A stretch of 64,000 nt of DNA from a virus. Of this stretch, positions 28,540 to 39,900 are shown one piece after another; position 1 is the first letter of the stretch, and every line of letters begins with the position of its first letter. The translations under genes and the position numbers were made by a program. The DNA lies in the IMG/VR virus record IMGVR_UViG_3300045747_000182, positions 116 through 64,115 of that record; one strand, written 5' to 3'. Under the pieces are notes generated by a model that ran no database searches, was not told the origin of the DNA, and worked only from the letters and a program-made list of their open reading frames with translations.

Positions 28540-31500
28540 TTATTTAAGCTTAGACATTGCGTATTGATAAAACGCTGACTGCTCTTTGCTGTCTTCAAAT
28601 TTAAGTGTCTTATCTTTGACTTCTTTTTGGTAAGCCATTTTGATATCTTTCAAGGTATCAACACGACGGTTGTAGTATGCAGAAGGACTTTCATCCTCTT
28701 GCCGTTTAACTTTATTACTAAGCTTTGTATCTAAACCTGCAATCATATCCGCACTCATACGCTTGTTACCAATAGTAAAGTCAGCAGGACTAATACCTTG
28801 TTGAGCCACCAATCGGTTAGCTGCGATGTAAGGTGTTATGTCGTTAACAGTTACTTTACCTGCATCAATATTCTCTTTTTGATCAAGAATAAACTGACGT
28901 ACAGCTGCAGTTGTTATAGTACTCATTTCAGATTTAACACGAGGGTCTTGCGGATTCAACCCACTGGTAACAGCCCACTTAGCTGCTTGGTTAGCAATTG
29001 TAGCTGCGTCAAGACCTATTGACTTGGCATTGTTATGCTGGTCTTTAGGTGCGGCTGCACGAATAGCCGATTCAGTATCATCCTTAAGTTGCTTATGAAG
29101 TGAATCAAAGGTAGCTGCTTGTGCTGCCTTAGAGTGAAGAGCATCATCGTAGGGTACTGCACGATAACCATCGTACAAATAGCCCTTGTCAGGACTATTG
29201 CGCGAAAGGGTAGCTGCGTATTGATTCATTGGGATACCGTTAATCAAAACATCCTCATCACCTTTACGGCGACCTGTGGCGTACTTAACAGGTTGGCCCC
29301 ATACAACTTCGCCCATTAAAGGGCCAGCATTCATAGTGTACTTTTTAAGCTCACCAGTGTTAGTTACTGTTGTTTTGGGTTCACCAAGCAAAGAAGGGTC
29401 ACCAAGACGCTTAGGATCTTTACGAACTGACTCAATATACTTACGAACGTTATCTGGCGCGTAACCATCTTTAACGTATTCTGTGTGTTGAGCACGCAAG
29501 TCTTTAGTCATATCCCTCTCATCTTGCTGATCAAAGCTAATTTTTTGGCGATTCAATGCAGCATCTTCGGATTGCTCAAAGGTATGCCGCTTATCGGAGG
29601 TAGTAATAGTGTCAACAGACGCACCGCGAAGAGCACGATTAATGTTGTCACCTGTAGCCGCACGAAAAGCTGCACCACCAATAAACCTAATAAGGTCTTT
29701 TTGGTTGAACATACTATCTTTACCACCGTATAAATCTTTAAGAATACTTTCCCAAAAAGATTGCTTTTGTTCTGGAGGTAATTGTGCAGCAGTCTTTTCT
29801 GCTTCTGCCAAGGTTGGTTGATTATTTTGTGTAACACCCGCAAGATACTTATTAAGTAAATCAGTTGGTGGAGGAGGCACTTCGTTTGTCGCAGTAGGCG
29901 TGGGTTCCGAAGTAGTAGGTTCCGGAACTTCTTTACTTGAAAAGGGTGTCACTGCTCGGTTAAATGCAGAGCTTTGAGGTTGTGGAATACTTACAACATT
30001 TCCTGTTGCAGGGTCTGTAACCTTATAAGTACCCTCTGCCCTACGTTCTGCGTTTGGAGAAGCGTCATTAGGTTTAGTCAGCCAATTAGGGCTTACTGTT
30101 TGAACATCATATCCAAATTTGCTTATTGAAGGAGGTGGTGCTACAGGGTTTAAAGGGTCAACAACCGTGGGGTTTACCTTGCGACCGTTTGGCCCTGAAG
30201 AGTATTCAATATCTTCTCCGTATTTTTGTCGGTTGATATTACGAAATTGACCTGCTGTCATTCCACGTAGGTGTGGGTTTGCCGCCAAATCTTTTTCTTG
30301 CAAGAAGCTGTCAAGCTTTGCATCCTGAGGTGCATTAACTACTTTAGCATATTCTGATGGGTTTAAAAAGTGAGCACCATACAGATCTGCATTTGTTGGG
30401 GTAATGCCTTTATTAACTAAAGCCTTACTGTTTTCATTAGTATAATCTTTCATCAGATCTGTTTGAACTACTCCTGAGTAATATTCAGGGGACTTGAATG
30501 CGGTTTTAGCGTAAGAAGCATTTGGGTTATTCTTTTTCAAGCCTTCAAAAGTACCTGCCGTAAACTGGCCAAGTCCCCCTGCAGTAGAGCGAGGGTTTTG
30601 TGCTGTTGCTTTGCCTCCAGACTCAATACCAAAAGTTTTGTTTTGATATTCGGGGGACCATGTCGCCGTTAATGGAGCACTAATTACAACAGGATCAATT
30701 CCCTGACGAGACAACCTTGCAGAACTATCGTAGGCTAGAGGGGACTCAACATATTCGTCACCATCAGCATACCCACGAAGCTGCTTATCAATCTCTTCGT
30801 CAATTTTCTTTGTACGAGTTTTAAGAGCTTCTTGAGCTTGTCCAGCCATACCACCTAGCTTAGGCGCTTCTACAGGTACATCCTTTTGACCAAACACTCT
30901 TTTGATTTTGTCAAGGTAAGATTCATTCTCTGGTACAGGAACTTCGGTAGTACCTCCTGCGTAACCGTTAATCTGCTTATTGATTTCATCATCCAACTTT
31001 TTGGTACGAGTCTTCAATGCTTCCTGAGCTTGTCCTACCATACCACCTAGTTGTGGTGCCTCAACTGGAACATCTTTCTTACCAAGAACACGCTTAAGCT
31101 TCTCCAAGTAAGTTTCTTCTACAGGAGCCGTAACAGGAACTCCGGTAGTACCGTCCGCATATCCCAAGCGATGTTTCTTTGGACCTACTTGAGGCATAAC
31201 CGCAAGTTGATTCTGCAGTTGTACTTTACCAGTCATTGTAGGAACCATACCGCCATTAGCAAAGCCATTTACAGGCATACCTTGGGCCTGACGTCCTTGC
31301 TGGACCATCCTCTGAATAGCGGGTTTGTTACGAGGATCTTGAGCAGCAGCACGAGGAATAACAGCTTCTCCGGGAGTAAGCATTGCGGGTACTGTGTCGG
31401 AGGGCATTACAGGGTGACGTCCACCAAGAGGTCTGCCACCTACGCGAGGTTGTCCTGACAGAGGCTTCCCAATGACTCCACCGTTGGCATGCCCTTGAGT

Positions 31501-31800
31501 AAGCTGCGAACCATTACCTTGAACAGTAGATGTCATAGCAGGGTTAATTGCTTCAACATTCTTTGAGCCAAGAATCATACCTGCACTCAGAGGACCACCA
31601 TGCTCGGACATCTTAGCTTTGTGCTCATTCTCTTTATGTCCCAGAGATTGATTAGCTTTGTTAGCTGCTTCCATAAGTTTAATTTCATGAAGCTCTTGCT
31701 TGCGAGTTTCTTCCAACTCTGCTTTGTTATCTTCACGTTTTTCCTTAGCAGCAAACTTCAAGTATTCCCGATGTTGCTTGCCGGATAGTGGTCCATTCAT
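28540..31800 (-). CDS. Large internal virion protein with lytic-transglycosylase-like domain and internal duplication
   Basis: 1086 aa; GIESGG..NPRSTAGGLGQF...LYGAHF; SDTVPAMLTPGE; two approx. 65-aa tandem units. Confidence 0.75.
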   Translation of the reverse strand: MNGPLSGKQHREYLKFAAKEKREDNKAELEETRKQELHEIKLMEAANKANQSLGHKENEHKAKMSEHGGPLSAGMILGSKNVEAINPAMTSTVQGNGSQLTQGHANGGVIGKPLSGQPRVGGRPLGGRHPVMPSDTVPAMLTPGEAVIPRAAAQDPRNKPAIQRMVQQGRQAQGMPVNGFANGGMVPTMTGKVQLQNQLAVMPQVGPKKHRLGYADGTTGVPVTAPVEETYLEKLKRVLGKKDVPVEAPQLGGMVGQAQEALKTRTKKLDDEINKQINGYAGGTTEVPVPENESYLDKIKRVFGQKDVPVEAPKLGGMAGQAQEALKTRTKKIDEEIDKQLRGYADGDEYVESPLAYDSSARLSRQGIDPVVISAPLTATWSPEYQNKTFGIESGGKATAQNPRSTAGGLGQFTAGTFEGLKKNNPNASYAKTAFKSPEYYSGVVQTDLMKDYTNENSKALVNKGITPTNADLYGAHFLNPSEYAKVVNAPQDAKLDSFLQEKDLAANPHLRGMTAGQFRNINRQKYGEDIEYSSGPNGRKVNPTVVDPLNPVAPPPSISKFGYDVQTVSPNWLTKPNDASPNAERRAEGTYKVTDPATGNVVSIPQPQSSAFNRAVTPFSSKEVPEPTTSEPTPTATNEVPPPPTDLLNKYLAGVTQNNQPTLAEAEKTAAQLPPEQKQSFWESILKDLYGGKDSMFNQKDLIRFIGGAAFRAATGDNINRALRGASVDTITTSDKRHTFEQSEDAALNRQKISFDQQDERDMTKDLRAQHTEYVKDGYAPDNVRKYIESVRKDPKRLGDPSLLGEPKTTVTNTGELKKYTMNAGPLMGEVVWGQPVKYATGRRKGDEDVLINGIPMNQYAATLSRNSPDKGYLYDGYRAVPYDDALHSKAAQAATFDSLHKQLKDDTESAIRAAAPKDQHNNAKSIGLDAATIANQAAKWAVTSGLNPQDPRVKSEMSTITTAAVRQFILDQKENIDAGKVTVNDITPYIAANRLVAQQGISPADFTIGNKRMSADMIAGLDTKLSNKVKRQEDESPSAYYNRRVDTLKDIKMAYQKEVKDKTLKFEDSKEQSAFYQYAMSKLK

Positions 31801-31809
31801 AGGAACTCC

Positions 31810-32349
31810 TTAAAATAATTTCAATCGTTTAGCTGCCATAAGACCTAGCATACCCCATCCAACAGGACCCATTGCACCCATCATAGCTTCTCCGGCCCCA
31901 CCTGCAGCGGCGGCACCCATAGGAGCACCTGTGAGGGTAGCTGCAGTGAGACCACCTCCAGCGGCTTCAGCGCCAAGAACTGCTGGTGCTGTTCCTGCAA
32001 CTGCCAAAGAGCTTTCTGCAGCAGGAGCAAGTGCAATACCTGCTTGTGGAGCACCAGCTGAAAGACCTGCGTTTGTAGCTGGTGTTGCAATACTGTATTG
32101 GCTTAGAGGTGCCTTATAATTAATACCTGCATCGGCAGCGTTAATCATTTGATTGGCACCACGATTCATGGCAATGCCAGTAACAAGCCCTGTAAGAGGG
32201 TCTTGTTGTTCCTGAACATGCTGTATAGGCTGTGCTTCAGGTTGTTGTTGATAAGTTACGGTATTAGGTACCGTCTGTACGGCTGGTTTTTGTTGGTCCA
32301 TCCATGCCCAAGGATCTTGGTAACTCATATTAGTGCTCGCTCCAGCCAC
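31810..32349 (-). CDS. Ala/Gly-rich putative DNA-ejection protein
   Basis: 179 aa, hydrophobic C-terminus MGPVGWGMLGLMAAKRLKLF. Confidence 0.6.
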   Translation of the reverse strand: MAGASTNMSYQDPWAWMDQQKPAVQTVPNTVTYQQQPEAQPIQHVQEQQDPLTGLVTGIAMNRGANQMINAADAGINYKAPLSQYSIATPATNAGLSAGAPQAGIALAPAAESSLAVAGTAPAVLGAEAAGGGLTAATLTGAPMGAAAAGGAGEAMMGAMGPVGWGMLGLMAAKRLKLF

Positions 32350-32608
32350 TATTTTGGCCGATGGATGGTTGTTCTACTGGAGCAGGATGCAATGCCGCAA
32401 TAGCTGCGTTAGATTGGTCCATACCAATAGGTGCAAAACCATGGGTCATGGGTATACCACCACCCTTAGAGCCACCTGCCTGAGGTGCTTCCGACGTGTG
32501 TGCTCCGGCGAACATATTTGCGTAGGAGCCACTACCGTGAAAGTTTGGTTGAGTGAGAGCTGCCGGAGCAGCAGCAATGTTAGAGGGGACTCCTGAGCCG
32601 CCAGCCAT
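32330..32608 (-). CDS. Small Gly-rich virion-associated protein
   Basis: 92-aa ORF coupled within the operon. Confidence 0.5.
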   Translation of the reverse strand: MAGGSGVPSNIAAAPAALTQPNFHGSGSYANMFAGAHTSEAPQAGGSKGGGIPMTHGFAPIGMDQSNAAIAALHPAPVEQPSIGQNSGWSEH

Positions 32609-33321
32609 TATTTACCTCCTCCACCAGATTGGGTAGTTGTCTGCCGTGCTGGATTACCATACACAGTAGAAGCATACCGCTGAAGACCTTGCCAACCTGC
32701 GTCAAGTTGACTTTGATTAATACCACGCTCTTGATTACCGAGATTAGCCAGTCCGGATGCCGTAGCATTAGCCAACTGACTGGACTGTCCAACAGAGGAA
32801 CCAATAGCAGACTCTGCCTGAAGACGATTCTGGAACATCTTGTTCTCGTAGTCAGCATTTACTTGGGCAAGCTTACCAGTAGTGTCTGCGTTCTGAGCAC
32901 CCTGCATGACAGCACTACGCGCAGAACCCAAAGCACCATTCTGACCGAAGTTGCTGTTGATTCCTGCAGTAGCTTTTTGTGCATCAAGAACAATAGCATT
33001 CTTTTGAGCGTCAAGAGTAGCAGCAGATGGAGCCATCGCCATACTACTTAAGCGAGCTTGTTGGCTGGATAACGTATCAAGTCCGGCTCCACCTGTCTGA
33101 GCAATGGCTTGCCCACCACCACCGAAGGCTGCTTGTTGATTCCCTGTTGCACCAGCTACCTGCGAAAGGTTTCCTGACTGGAACATTCCCTGAGCATTTT
33201 GATTGGCATTAACCAAATAAGGCATTAACTCCGGTGGAACATTCTGCGAAGTAGTTGTGGAGCCACCCCCACCCGAGCCTCCTCCAGCACGTTTAGTTAT
33301 TTTACCGTAACTATATTTCAT
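32608..33321 (-). CDS. Putative DNA transfer/pilot protein
   Basis: GGGSGGGGSTTTSQNVPPELMPY N-terminus; Q/N/A/G-rich. Confidence 0.65.
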   Translation of the reverse strand: MKYSYGKITKRAGGGSGGGGSTTTSQNVPPELMPYLVNANQNAQGMFQSGNLSQVAGATGNQQAAFGGGGQAIAQTGGAGLDTLSSQQARLSSMAMAPSAATLDAQKNAIVLDAQKATAGINSNFGQNGALGSARSAVMQGAQNADTTGKLAQVNADYENKMFQNRLQAESAIGSSVGQSSQLANATASGLANLGNQERGINQSQLDAGWQGLQRYASTVYGNPARQTTTQSGGGGK

Positions 33322-33737
33322 AAATCTATCCTCATAACTGTGTATACTTCTTTGAATTCAGGAATATACTTGGGTAATACTTTGGCCCAACCTTTACGGC
33401 CCCATTGTTCAATTGATTTACAACCGCAATCTTTTGCGTATTGAATAATGGTTGGGAATACTTGTGCTTGTTCATCAAAGTTATCACCGCTGAAGGCAAT
33501 AATATGAAGTGTTTTATGTTGGCTGTATTGCAGGATTTCGGTGAGACCTACTCCGACAATATTACCTTCCGCAGTCATAACCGCCCAACATATTGCTTGG
33601 TTATTAAGACACTTACGAAGGTAGTCTGTCAGGGAAGATTCGCCCTGACCTGTTTCAATAACTCGGGTAAGATACTCTGAGATACGATTCCAGTTAGAAG
33701 CTACCTGATCTTGGGTTAATGCGAAGATATTTGTCAT
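33318..33737 (-). CDS. GNAT-fold-like virion assembly protein
   Basis: KTLHIIAFSG...AKDCGCKSIEQWGRKGW; position after tail genes. Confidence 0.6.
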   Translation of the reverse strand: MTNIFALTQDQVASNWNRISEYLTRVIETGQGESSLTDYLRKCLNNQAICWAVMTAEGNIVGVGLTEILQYSQHKTLHIIAFSGDNFDEQAQVFPTIIQYAKDCGCKSIEQWGRKGWAKVLPKYIPEFKEVYTVMRIDL

Positions 33738-35161
33738 ATTGCAAAGTCCATTATGCTTATGTACCCATTAGCGTCAGGTGCTCCATAAAGTTCAGCTATA
33801 CCTGTACCAAGGGAATTTACTAAAGTACATTTCGTGGTTATCCTTATACTGAAACTTATACTATGACCTGCCCATATTACAGGCGTACCGTCTGAATAAG
33901 ATAGAGTACCCGCAAAAGAATATCCCAGAGTTGAAAATGAATAAGGCATCTTTACGTTTGATGCTTGGTTCGGGGTAACAAAATAGTTTACATAGCTGGC
34001 TAATGGAGCAGGTACTGTGTAGAATCCGGTAACATATATGTAGGAACCTTTGGTATTATCGTACGCAATTACTTCTACTGTACCCGCGATCATTCTTTCT
34101 ACTGTCCCATTCCAATATGCATTCAGAACCCCATGAGCATTAATAAGAAATTTACTACTGTTCATAGTAACAGGTGTTACTGTGCTCTGAGTAGATATTA
34201 CTGTTGTTACAGGAAAGGTGGTAGTACCAGATACGGCAGCGTAAGTACTAAATGTTGTAGGTGTTAAAAAACCATTAATAGAAAGTACAGAACCGTTATT
34301 AACGACGTTACGATTAACGTCACCAAGGGCAAAAGTACCATTAGTCTTTATAAGAGCTCCGCTACCTGTCATGGTAGTACCACTAATATTGGGTGCATCA
34401 CCCACAATAATATTGTTTGCAGTAAGACTTCCTACTTTGAGTTTAGCTAAATAAGGTGGACCCCACGTAGTCAATCCAGTAGATGTATCGAATATACCAT
34501 CAATTTGATACATAGTAGATCCCGGACTTAGGTAAGGAACAACCGAAGACCATGTTTCACCGCCGGACCAAGTATTAATTGGAGGCACCGATAATGATCC
34601 TGTTGAGGTATAAAAGGAGGGAGATGCCGATAGGTAATCAAACACCAAAGAGTAAGCTACTCTGGCAGACTGGGTAGCAATTGTGGATATCAGATTAAGA
34701 TCGATTGCAACCCCACCATCAACACTATATAAAGTTCCTGGAGTTGTTATACTAATATAATAGTTAAATTGTCGTCCGGCTGTAACAACATACCACAGAC
34801 CGTACCCTGTACCAAACCCTCCGTTAGACGCCTCAATCCAAGTGTAGTCTGTTGGGTTTGTCGATTCAGTACTCAAGTCAGAGTTATATATACCAAAGAA
34901 CTTTTTTCCAGAGGGCGTATTAGCAAAACCAGTACCGACATTATCATCTGCATACTTAATATGCATATACCTGTAAGGGTATCCTGTGGCGGTACCTGCA
35001 TTAGGATTGGTATATGAGCTGCTACTTCCACCACCTGTAGTGGTAACACCTGTATAACTGGACAGGGTTTCTCCAATATTATACAAGAATGAATCTAATT
35101 CTTGATCACCAGTTATAGGTGCTGTAAGCATGTTATCTCCTTGCTGTTGGCTTGGCGTCAA
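33734..35161 (-). CDS. Tail/fibre-associated structural protein
   Basis: YMHIKYADD..G..F...YFGIYN...DYTW module; Thr/Gly-rich. Confidence 0.6.
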   Translation of the reverse strand: MTPSQQQGDNMLTAPITGDQELDSFLYNIGETLSSYTGVTTTGGGSSSSYTNPNAGTATGYPYRYMHIKYADDNVGTGFANTPSGKKFFGIYNSDLSTESTNPTDYTWIEASNGGFGTGYGLWYVVTAGRQFNYYISITTPGTLYSVDGGVAIDLNLISTIATQSARVAYSLVFDYLSASPSFYTSTGSLSVPPINTWSGGETWSSVVPYLSPGSTMYQIDGIFDTSTGLTTWGPPYLAKLKVGSLTANNIIVGDAPNISGTTMTGSGALIKTNGTFALGDVNRNVVNNGSVLSINGFLTPTTFSTYAAVSGTTTFPVTTVISTQSTVTPVTMNSSKFLINAHGVLNAYWNGTVERMIAGTVEVIAYDNTKGSYIYVTGFYTVPAPLASYVNYFVTPNQASNVKMPYSFSTLGYSFAGTLSYSDGTPVIWAGHSISFSIRITTKCTLVNSLGTGIAELYGAPDANGYISIMDFAI

Positions 35162-36671
35162 TATACAAAGTAGGTATACGCCAGTAGTCCGTGGATGTTA
35201 TCCGATAATTGATTAATCGACCTGACACTCGCGGGTCCACTTTATAGCTCTGGTTATTTTCTGCGGTCGGGTATATTGTGAAGGTATCTTCAAGGCCACC
35301 GTTATCAACTGACAAGTCATAGTCTTTTGTATAATTATTCTGGCCTATAACCCTGATAGTTATTGCTGCAGTAGAAGGTACCCGATCAAACAAAGGATAA
35401 AGAGAGCTTATAACCATATTATGCGATGGATCACCTACGTTAAGTTTTAGCCTTTCGACATACGAGGAATATCCTGCCAGAGCAGTTCCATCCCACATAG
35501 TATACACGTCATCCGTCTGCAGGGTCTGTGTTCCTGTAGTGGTCATATAAAGACGTTCTTTGCCGTACTGCCACGCGTTGGATACATTGGCCGGACCATT
35601 AAACACGTAAGTTGTATTACCAAGAGTTCTCTTTGTCCACGTCTTAGAAGCAAAGTTAAACACAAGAGCCATGTTGTTCGATGTAGATGACCCCATAGGG
35701 AAGCATATCCAGATCTCTTTGTACTGAGGGTTCTTTACGACAACTACCTTATTGATAGCTGCTTGATTAAGATTCCTGAAAAACCATTTCTTTACACGGC
35801 CCTCTGCCAAGGATGTTATCTGTCCACTTCCGTTATGAGCGTATATATCGTTACGATCAACCACAAAATGATTGCCATCGTACTCAACAACGCAGTCAGT
35901 GTTAAGGATACCATAAGTATTGCTGTAGGGAGCAACGCGAGTAGTTCCAGCAATAGAGAGCATAGAAATACTGTCGCTAGAATAAACGAACATGTTGCCC
36001 CTAAGAGTAAGCATATCAAGGACAGGTGATGTAGAGCTAATTTCGAATTCATCTGCGGTATCCGTGGTTAGTCCAGGTTGCCATACGGTGGGTATACTTC
36101 CTGTAGCTGCTTGAACAGACACTCTGATAGTTCCCGGAGCATATGTTGTTACACCTCCAGAAACAAGCTTAAGGTTGGCAGCAACCAAAGAGTAGTTAAG
36201 GGATCTGATTACTTTTGCAGTAACAGTAAGACCCCCAATATAGTTCCAGTTAGGTAGAGGCTGAAATGAAGATCCTGCTGAAGGGTCTCCGTAGAGACAG
36301 TACAAAGGTGTATTGACTCCATCATTAAGGATAATAGCAAAGCCACCATTAAAGGTACATCCCTGCCAGTCAGCTCCAACATAAGGAGCACCACCAGTAA
36401 ACATTGTGGAGACACCTCCAGCAGCATTTACACGGACAATGTTACCGTCCTTAGCAAAGATATTATAGCCCTGATCAGGACGTCTCCAGTGGATACCATA
36501 GTCAGGAATTATCGCCACGGTTCTGGACAGGATTTCTCCCGTAGTGGTACTCACCGAAGAGTCATCAAAACGTACATTGAGTACATCTGAGAATACGTTC
36601 GGTGGTAGCATCACGGAAGGAGGGTCCGGCGTGAACCCCCCTGAGCCAAGATCACTTACTGGTTGAGCCAT
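35133..36671 (-). CDS. Tail tubular / DNA-stabilisation (nozzle) protein
   Basis: 512 aa beta-rich, C-terminal RVSGRLINYRI; podovirus tail position. Confidence 0.7.
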   Translation of the reverse strand: MAQPVSDLGSGGFTPDPPSVMLPPNVFSDVLNVRFDDSSVSTTTGEILSRTVAIIPDYGIHWRRPDQGYNIFAKDGNIVRVNAAGGVSTMFTGGAPYVGADWQGCTFNGGFAIILNDGVNTPLYCLYGDPSAGSSFQPLPNWNYIGGLTVTAKVIRSLNYSLVAANLKLVSGGVTTYAPGTIRVSVQAATGSIPTVWQPGLTTDTADEFEISSTSPVLDMLTLRGNMFVYSSDSISMLSIAGTTRVAPYSNTYGILNTDCVVEYDGNHFVVDRNDIYAHNGSGQITSLAEGRVKKWFFRNLNQAAINKVVVVKNPQYKEIWICFPMGSSTSNNMALVFNFASKTWTKRTLGNTTYVFNGPANVSNAWQYGKERLYMTTTGTQTLQTDDVYTMWDGTALAGYSSYVERLKLNVGDPSHNMVISSLYPLFDRVPSTAAITIRVIGQNNYTKDYDLSVDNGGLEDTFTIYPTAENNQSYKVDPRVSGRLINYRITSTDYWRIPTLYIDAKPTARR

Positions 36672-36955
36672 TATTTATCCTTCACTTTGATAACAATCTC
36701 TGCTTGTTTAACTCTGCCACCAAGGGTAGTAACGACTACCACAATAGTATAGCTCTGGCCATCAGTACCTCCTGATACCCACACCTTTACAACCCCATCG
36801 GGGTCTATTTCTGTGGATATCAGGTTGATACCTGCGCTTGCAGAACCTGTTACGGTCTCTGCAGAATCAGCAAGAGCTAAAAGCCAATTAACAAAAGAGA
36901 TATCGTAGTCTTGCACCTCAATAGGTTGCTTATCGAACGTTGCGAGTATAGCCAT
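36671..36955 (-). CDS. Putative fibre-tail adaptor
   Basis: FDKQPIEVQDYDISF..W...VKVWVSGGTDGQSY..TTLGGRV. Confidence 0.65.
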   Translation of the reverse strand: MAILATFDKQPIEVQDYDISFVNWLLALADSAETVTGSASAGINLISTEIDPDGVVKVWVSGGTDGQSYTIVVVVTTLGGRVKQAEIVIKVKDK

Positions 36956-39900
36956 TATAGTTTTCCTTTGGTACAGATACCTTGTTGTTTATTGGTTTGA
37001 GACTTGTTAAATAGATAGGGGTTGGTACACCCACAGAAACCCGAGGAGGTTTAACCGAAGTTAGATTAATCTGTTTAGGTACTTCGACCTTATACTTACT
37101 TGTACTGAATCCAAAACAGTACACTATTGTCTGATCATTTCCTGAGGTATTAATCTCAAAGCAGTCAGCAGACGTTAATACATGACCCTGTATAATACTA
37201 TTAATAGTACTACTTCCGGACTGTCCGCATAAGGCTCCGACTAGAGCATGATTCTGCGTAAGGGTATTTGCCGTGCTATTGTTGCTATTATTAGAATTTG
37301 CTGCAACAAGCGTACGAGATACTGTGACATTACCTGCACCTGAAGATGCATTCTGCGTCGAACCTGCAGCCACAAATGATTGTGATTGTGATACTGCGTT
37401 TGCAGAACTGGTTGAGTACTGGTCTGCGTTTAGTTTTGTAAGCTGGTGATTTTGGGTTACAACGAGGCTACCTGTAGGGTTGTAAGTAACTACAATGATA
37501 CCCTGACCGCCAGTTCCAAACGATGATTGGTCAGACAGTGTGCTTGCACCACCCCCACCGCCGCCATAGAGCCCACCATTTCCGGGCAATGCTGCTCCAA
37601 GATAAGAAATAGAGGCAGCACCGCCACCGCCACCACCACCAGAACCAACAGAACCCCATTCGGTACCGTTACCCCCATTACCACCTACGCCGCTATTAGA
37701 TGAGTTACCAGCAGCACCAGCCAGACCACCAAGGCTGTTACCTCCGCGACCTCCTGCTCCGCCGGAATAGACTCCACCAACATTAACAAAGCTTCCGGTT
37801 ACACCATTAGCTCCTGCTCCGTTAGGTCCTGCTGCTCCACCACCGCCTGAGCCACCTGCATTGGACCCTCCGGCGTCATTACCTCCGACGTCACCACCTC
37901 CTCCGGCGTATTTAACGTCTCCAACACAAGCTGATATCTGAGAGCTGAACCCTGACCCCGCACGGTATCCACCCTTAGCTAGTAGCGTTGAAGTGGATTG
38001 GAAGTATGTGTCACCACCATTATTACTTTCTGCTGTGGTTGTAGGACCAACTGAGATACCTACTACATCTCCTGCGGTTAGACTTACATTGCTTATTTTA
38101 GCGTAGCAACCACCGCCTCCAGCTTGTCCTACGTTAACGGCAGTAAACGGACTGGTACCCGAAGCACCAGCGCCAATAGCCTCAACAGTACTTCCTGCAG
38201 AAGTCCAGTTAGAGGGTACCGTCCAAGACGTCAATGCAGTATTTGTAATTAATACTTGTACTGCAGAAGCTGGCGGTGCGCTTGAGGATGCTTGTTGATT
38301 ACTTGAGCTTGCAAGCAGAGTAGATGCTTTGCTTACTATACCCGTTCCGGAGTTTGCACTTTGAGAACTACCTGCTCCAACAAGTATAACGTTGTTACCA
38401 ACGATATTAGTTGTGCAATAATTTACCTGAGACGCAGTAGCAGATACCACCAGATGATTTTGGGTAATAGCGCCTGATCCGGACAAATTGTACTGATAGC
38501 TGTTAGACCAATCAGTGACTACAAGAGTCTGATTGCGGAATACCGTTATAGATCCTGTGCCGGATGTTGCTGTTTGAGTAGAGTCTGCAGCCACCAACTG
38601 AGGTACACCCATAACACCTGTGCCTGACGAAGCCGACTGCGATAAGTCTGCTTTGACAAGGATATGGTTCTGAGTTACTGCAGCAGTTCCAGAGGATGCA
38701 GCCTGATCTGAGTTTGCAGATACAAGAGTTATACCTGAAGACGACTGGCTAATGACTCCTGTGCCAGAAGTCTGGTTTTGGGTACTGTTTGCAAAGACAA
38801 GTAACTGAACCTGAGTTACTACACCAGTGCCTGAGGTAGAAGCCTCTGAAACGTTTGCTGCCACAAGTATTTGCACTTGTGTTACTGCTCCGGTTCCTGA
38901 GGTTTGATCCTGTGTGGATGTTGCAGCAACAAGACCGTTACCAGCCGTTATTACTCCGGTTCCAGACGTTGCTGACTGACTTGAACCTGCACCAACCAAT
39001 ATATGGTTTTGGGTTACTACACCAGTCCCTGAAGTAGAAGCTTCAGAGGAGTTGGCATGAACTAGTACATGATTCTGAGTTACTGTTCCTGTACCCGAAG
39101 TTTGGTCTTGAGTACTATTTGCTACAACAAGAGACCCAATAACAGAGATAACACCAGTACCCGAGGTGGACGCCTGTGTGGAGTCTGCCTTTACAAGTAT
39201 ATGGTTTTGAGCTACTGTTCCGGTTCCTGAAGTAGAATCCTCTGAAGAATTAGCCGATACAAGAATCTGTACCTGTGTTACTACGCCAGTACCTGAAGTG
39301 GATGCCTGTAACGAATCTGCTTTAACCAACGAATGATTCTGCGATATTGTTACTGCGGAACTGGTTGGTGCCTGAGAAGCACCTGATCCAACCATTATCT
39401 GCGTTTGGATTATGTTTGCAGTACCCGAGGTTTGATCCTGCGTACTGTTAGCTGAAACGAGAGTTACACCTGAAGATGCCTGAGAGATAATACCTGTACC
39501 AGAAGTTGCAGACTGTGATGCCGGAGCACCAACAAGAAGCTGATTCTGAGTTATAGCTCCAGTGCCTGAGGTAGAAGCTTCGGAAACATTAACCGATACA
39601 AGGATCTGTACTTGTGATACTGTTCCAGTTCCTGACGTTGCTGCTTGATTTGAAGGGCTTGCTACAAGAGCCGAGCCCGAGGTTGCTCCTCCAATAAGCT
39701 CATAAGAGAACCATGCTGCAGGAACTTGTGTGCTGTCAAAGAAAGTTTCATACCGTAGTAACTCATCAAATACACCTACTTTATCCGTGGGTGTAGGTGG
39801 CGTTACTGATACGTATGTTATTGGTGTTGGATTAGATAAACCACCACCGTTAGTTGTACTGATCGTCTTGGCACCAACGCTGGCAGGGGTATAAGTGAAG

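Noticed and set aside
32261-32277. CAGACGGTACCTAATAC (-) as a promoter copy upstream of the large virion genes
   Set aside because: Close to consensus and plausibly placed, but intragenic with mismatches at both ends; left unasserted.
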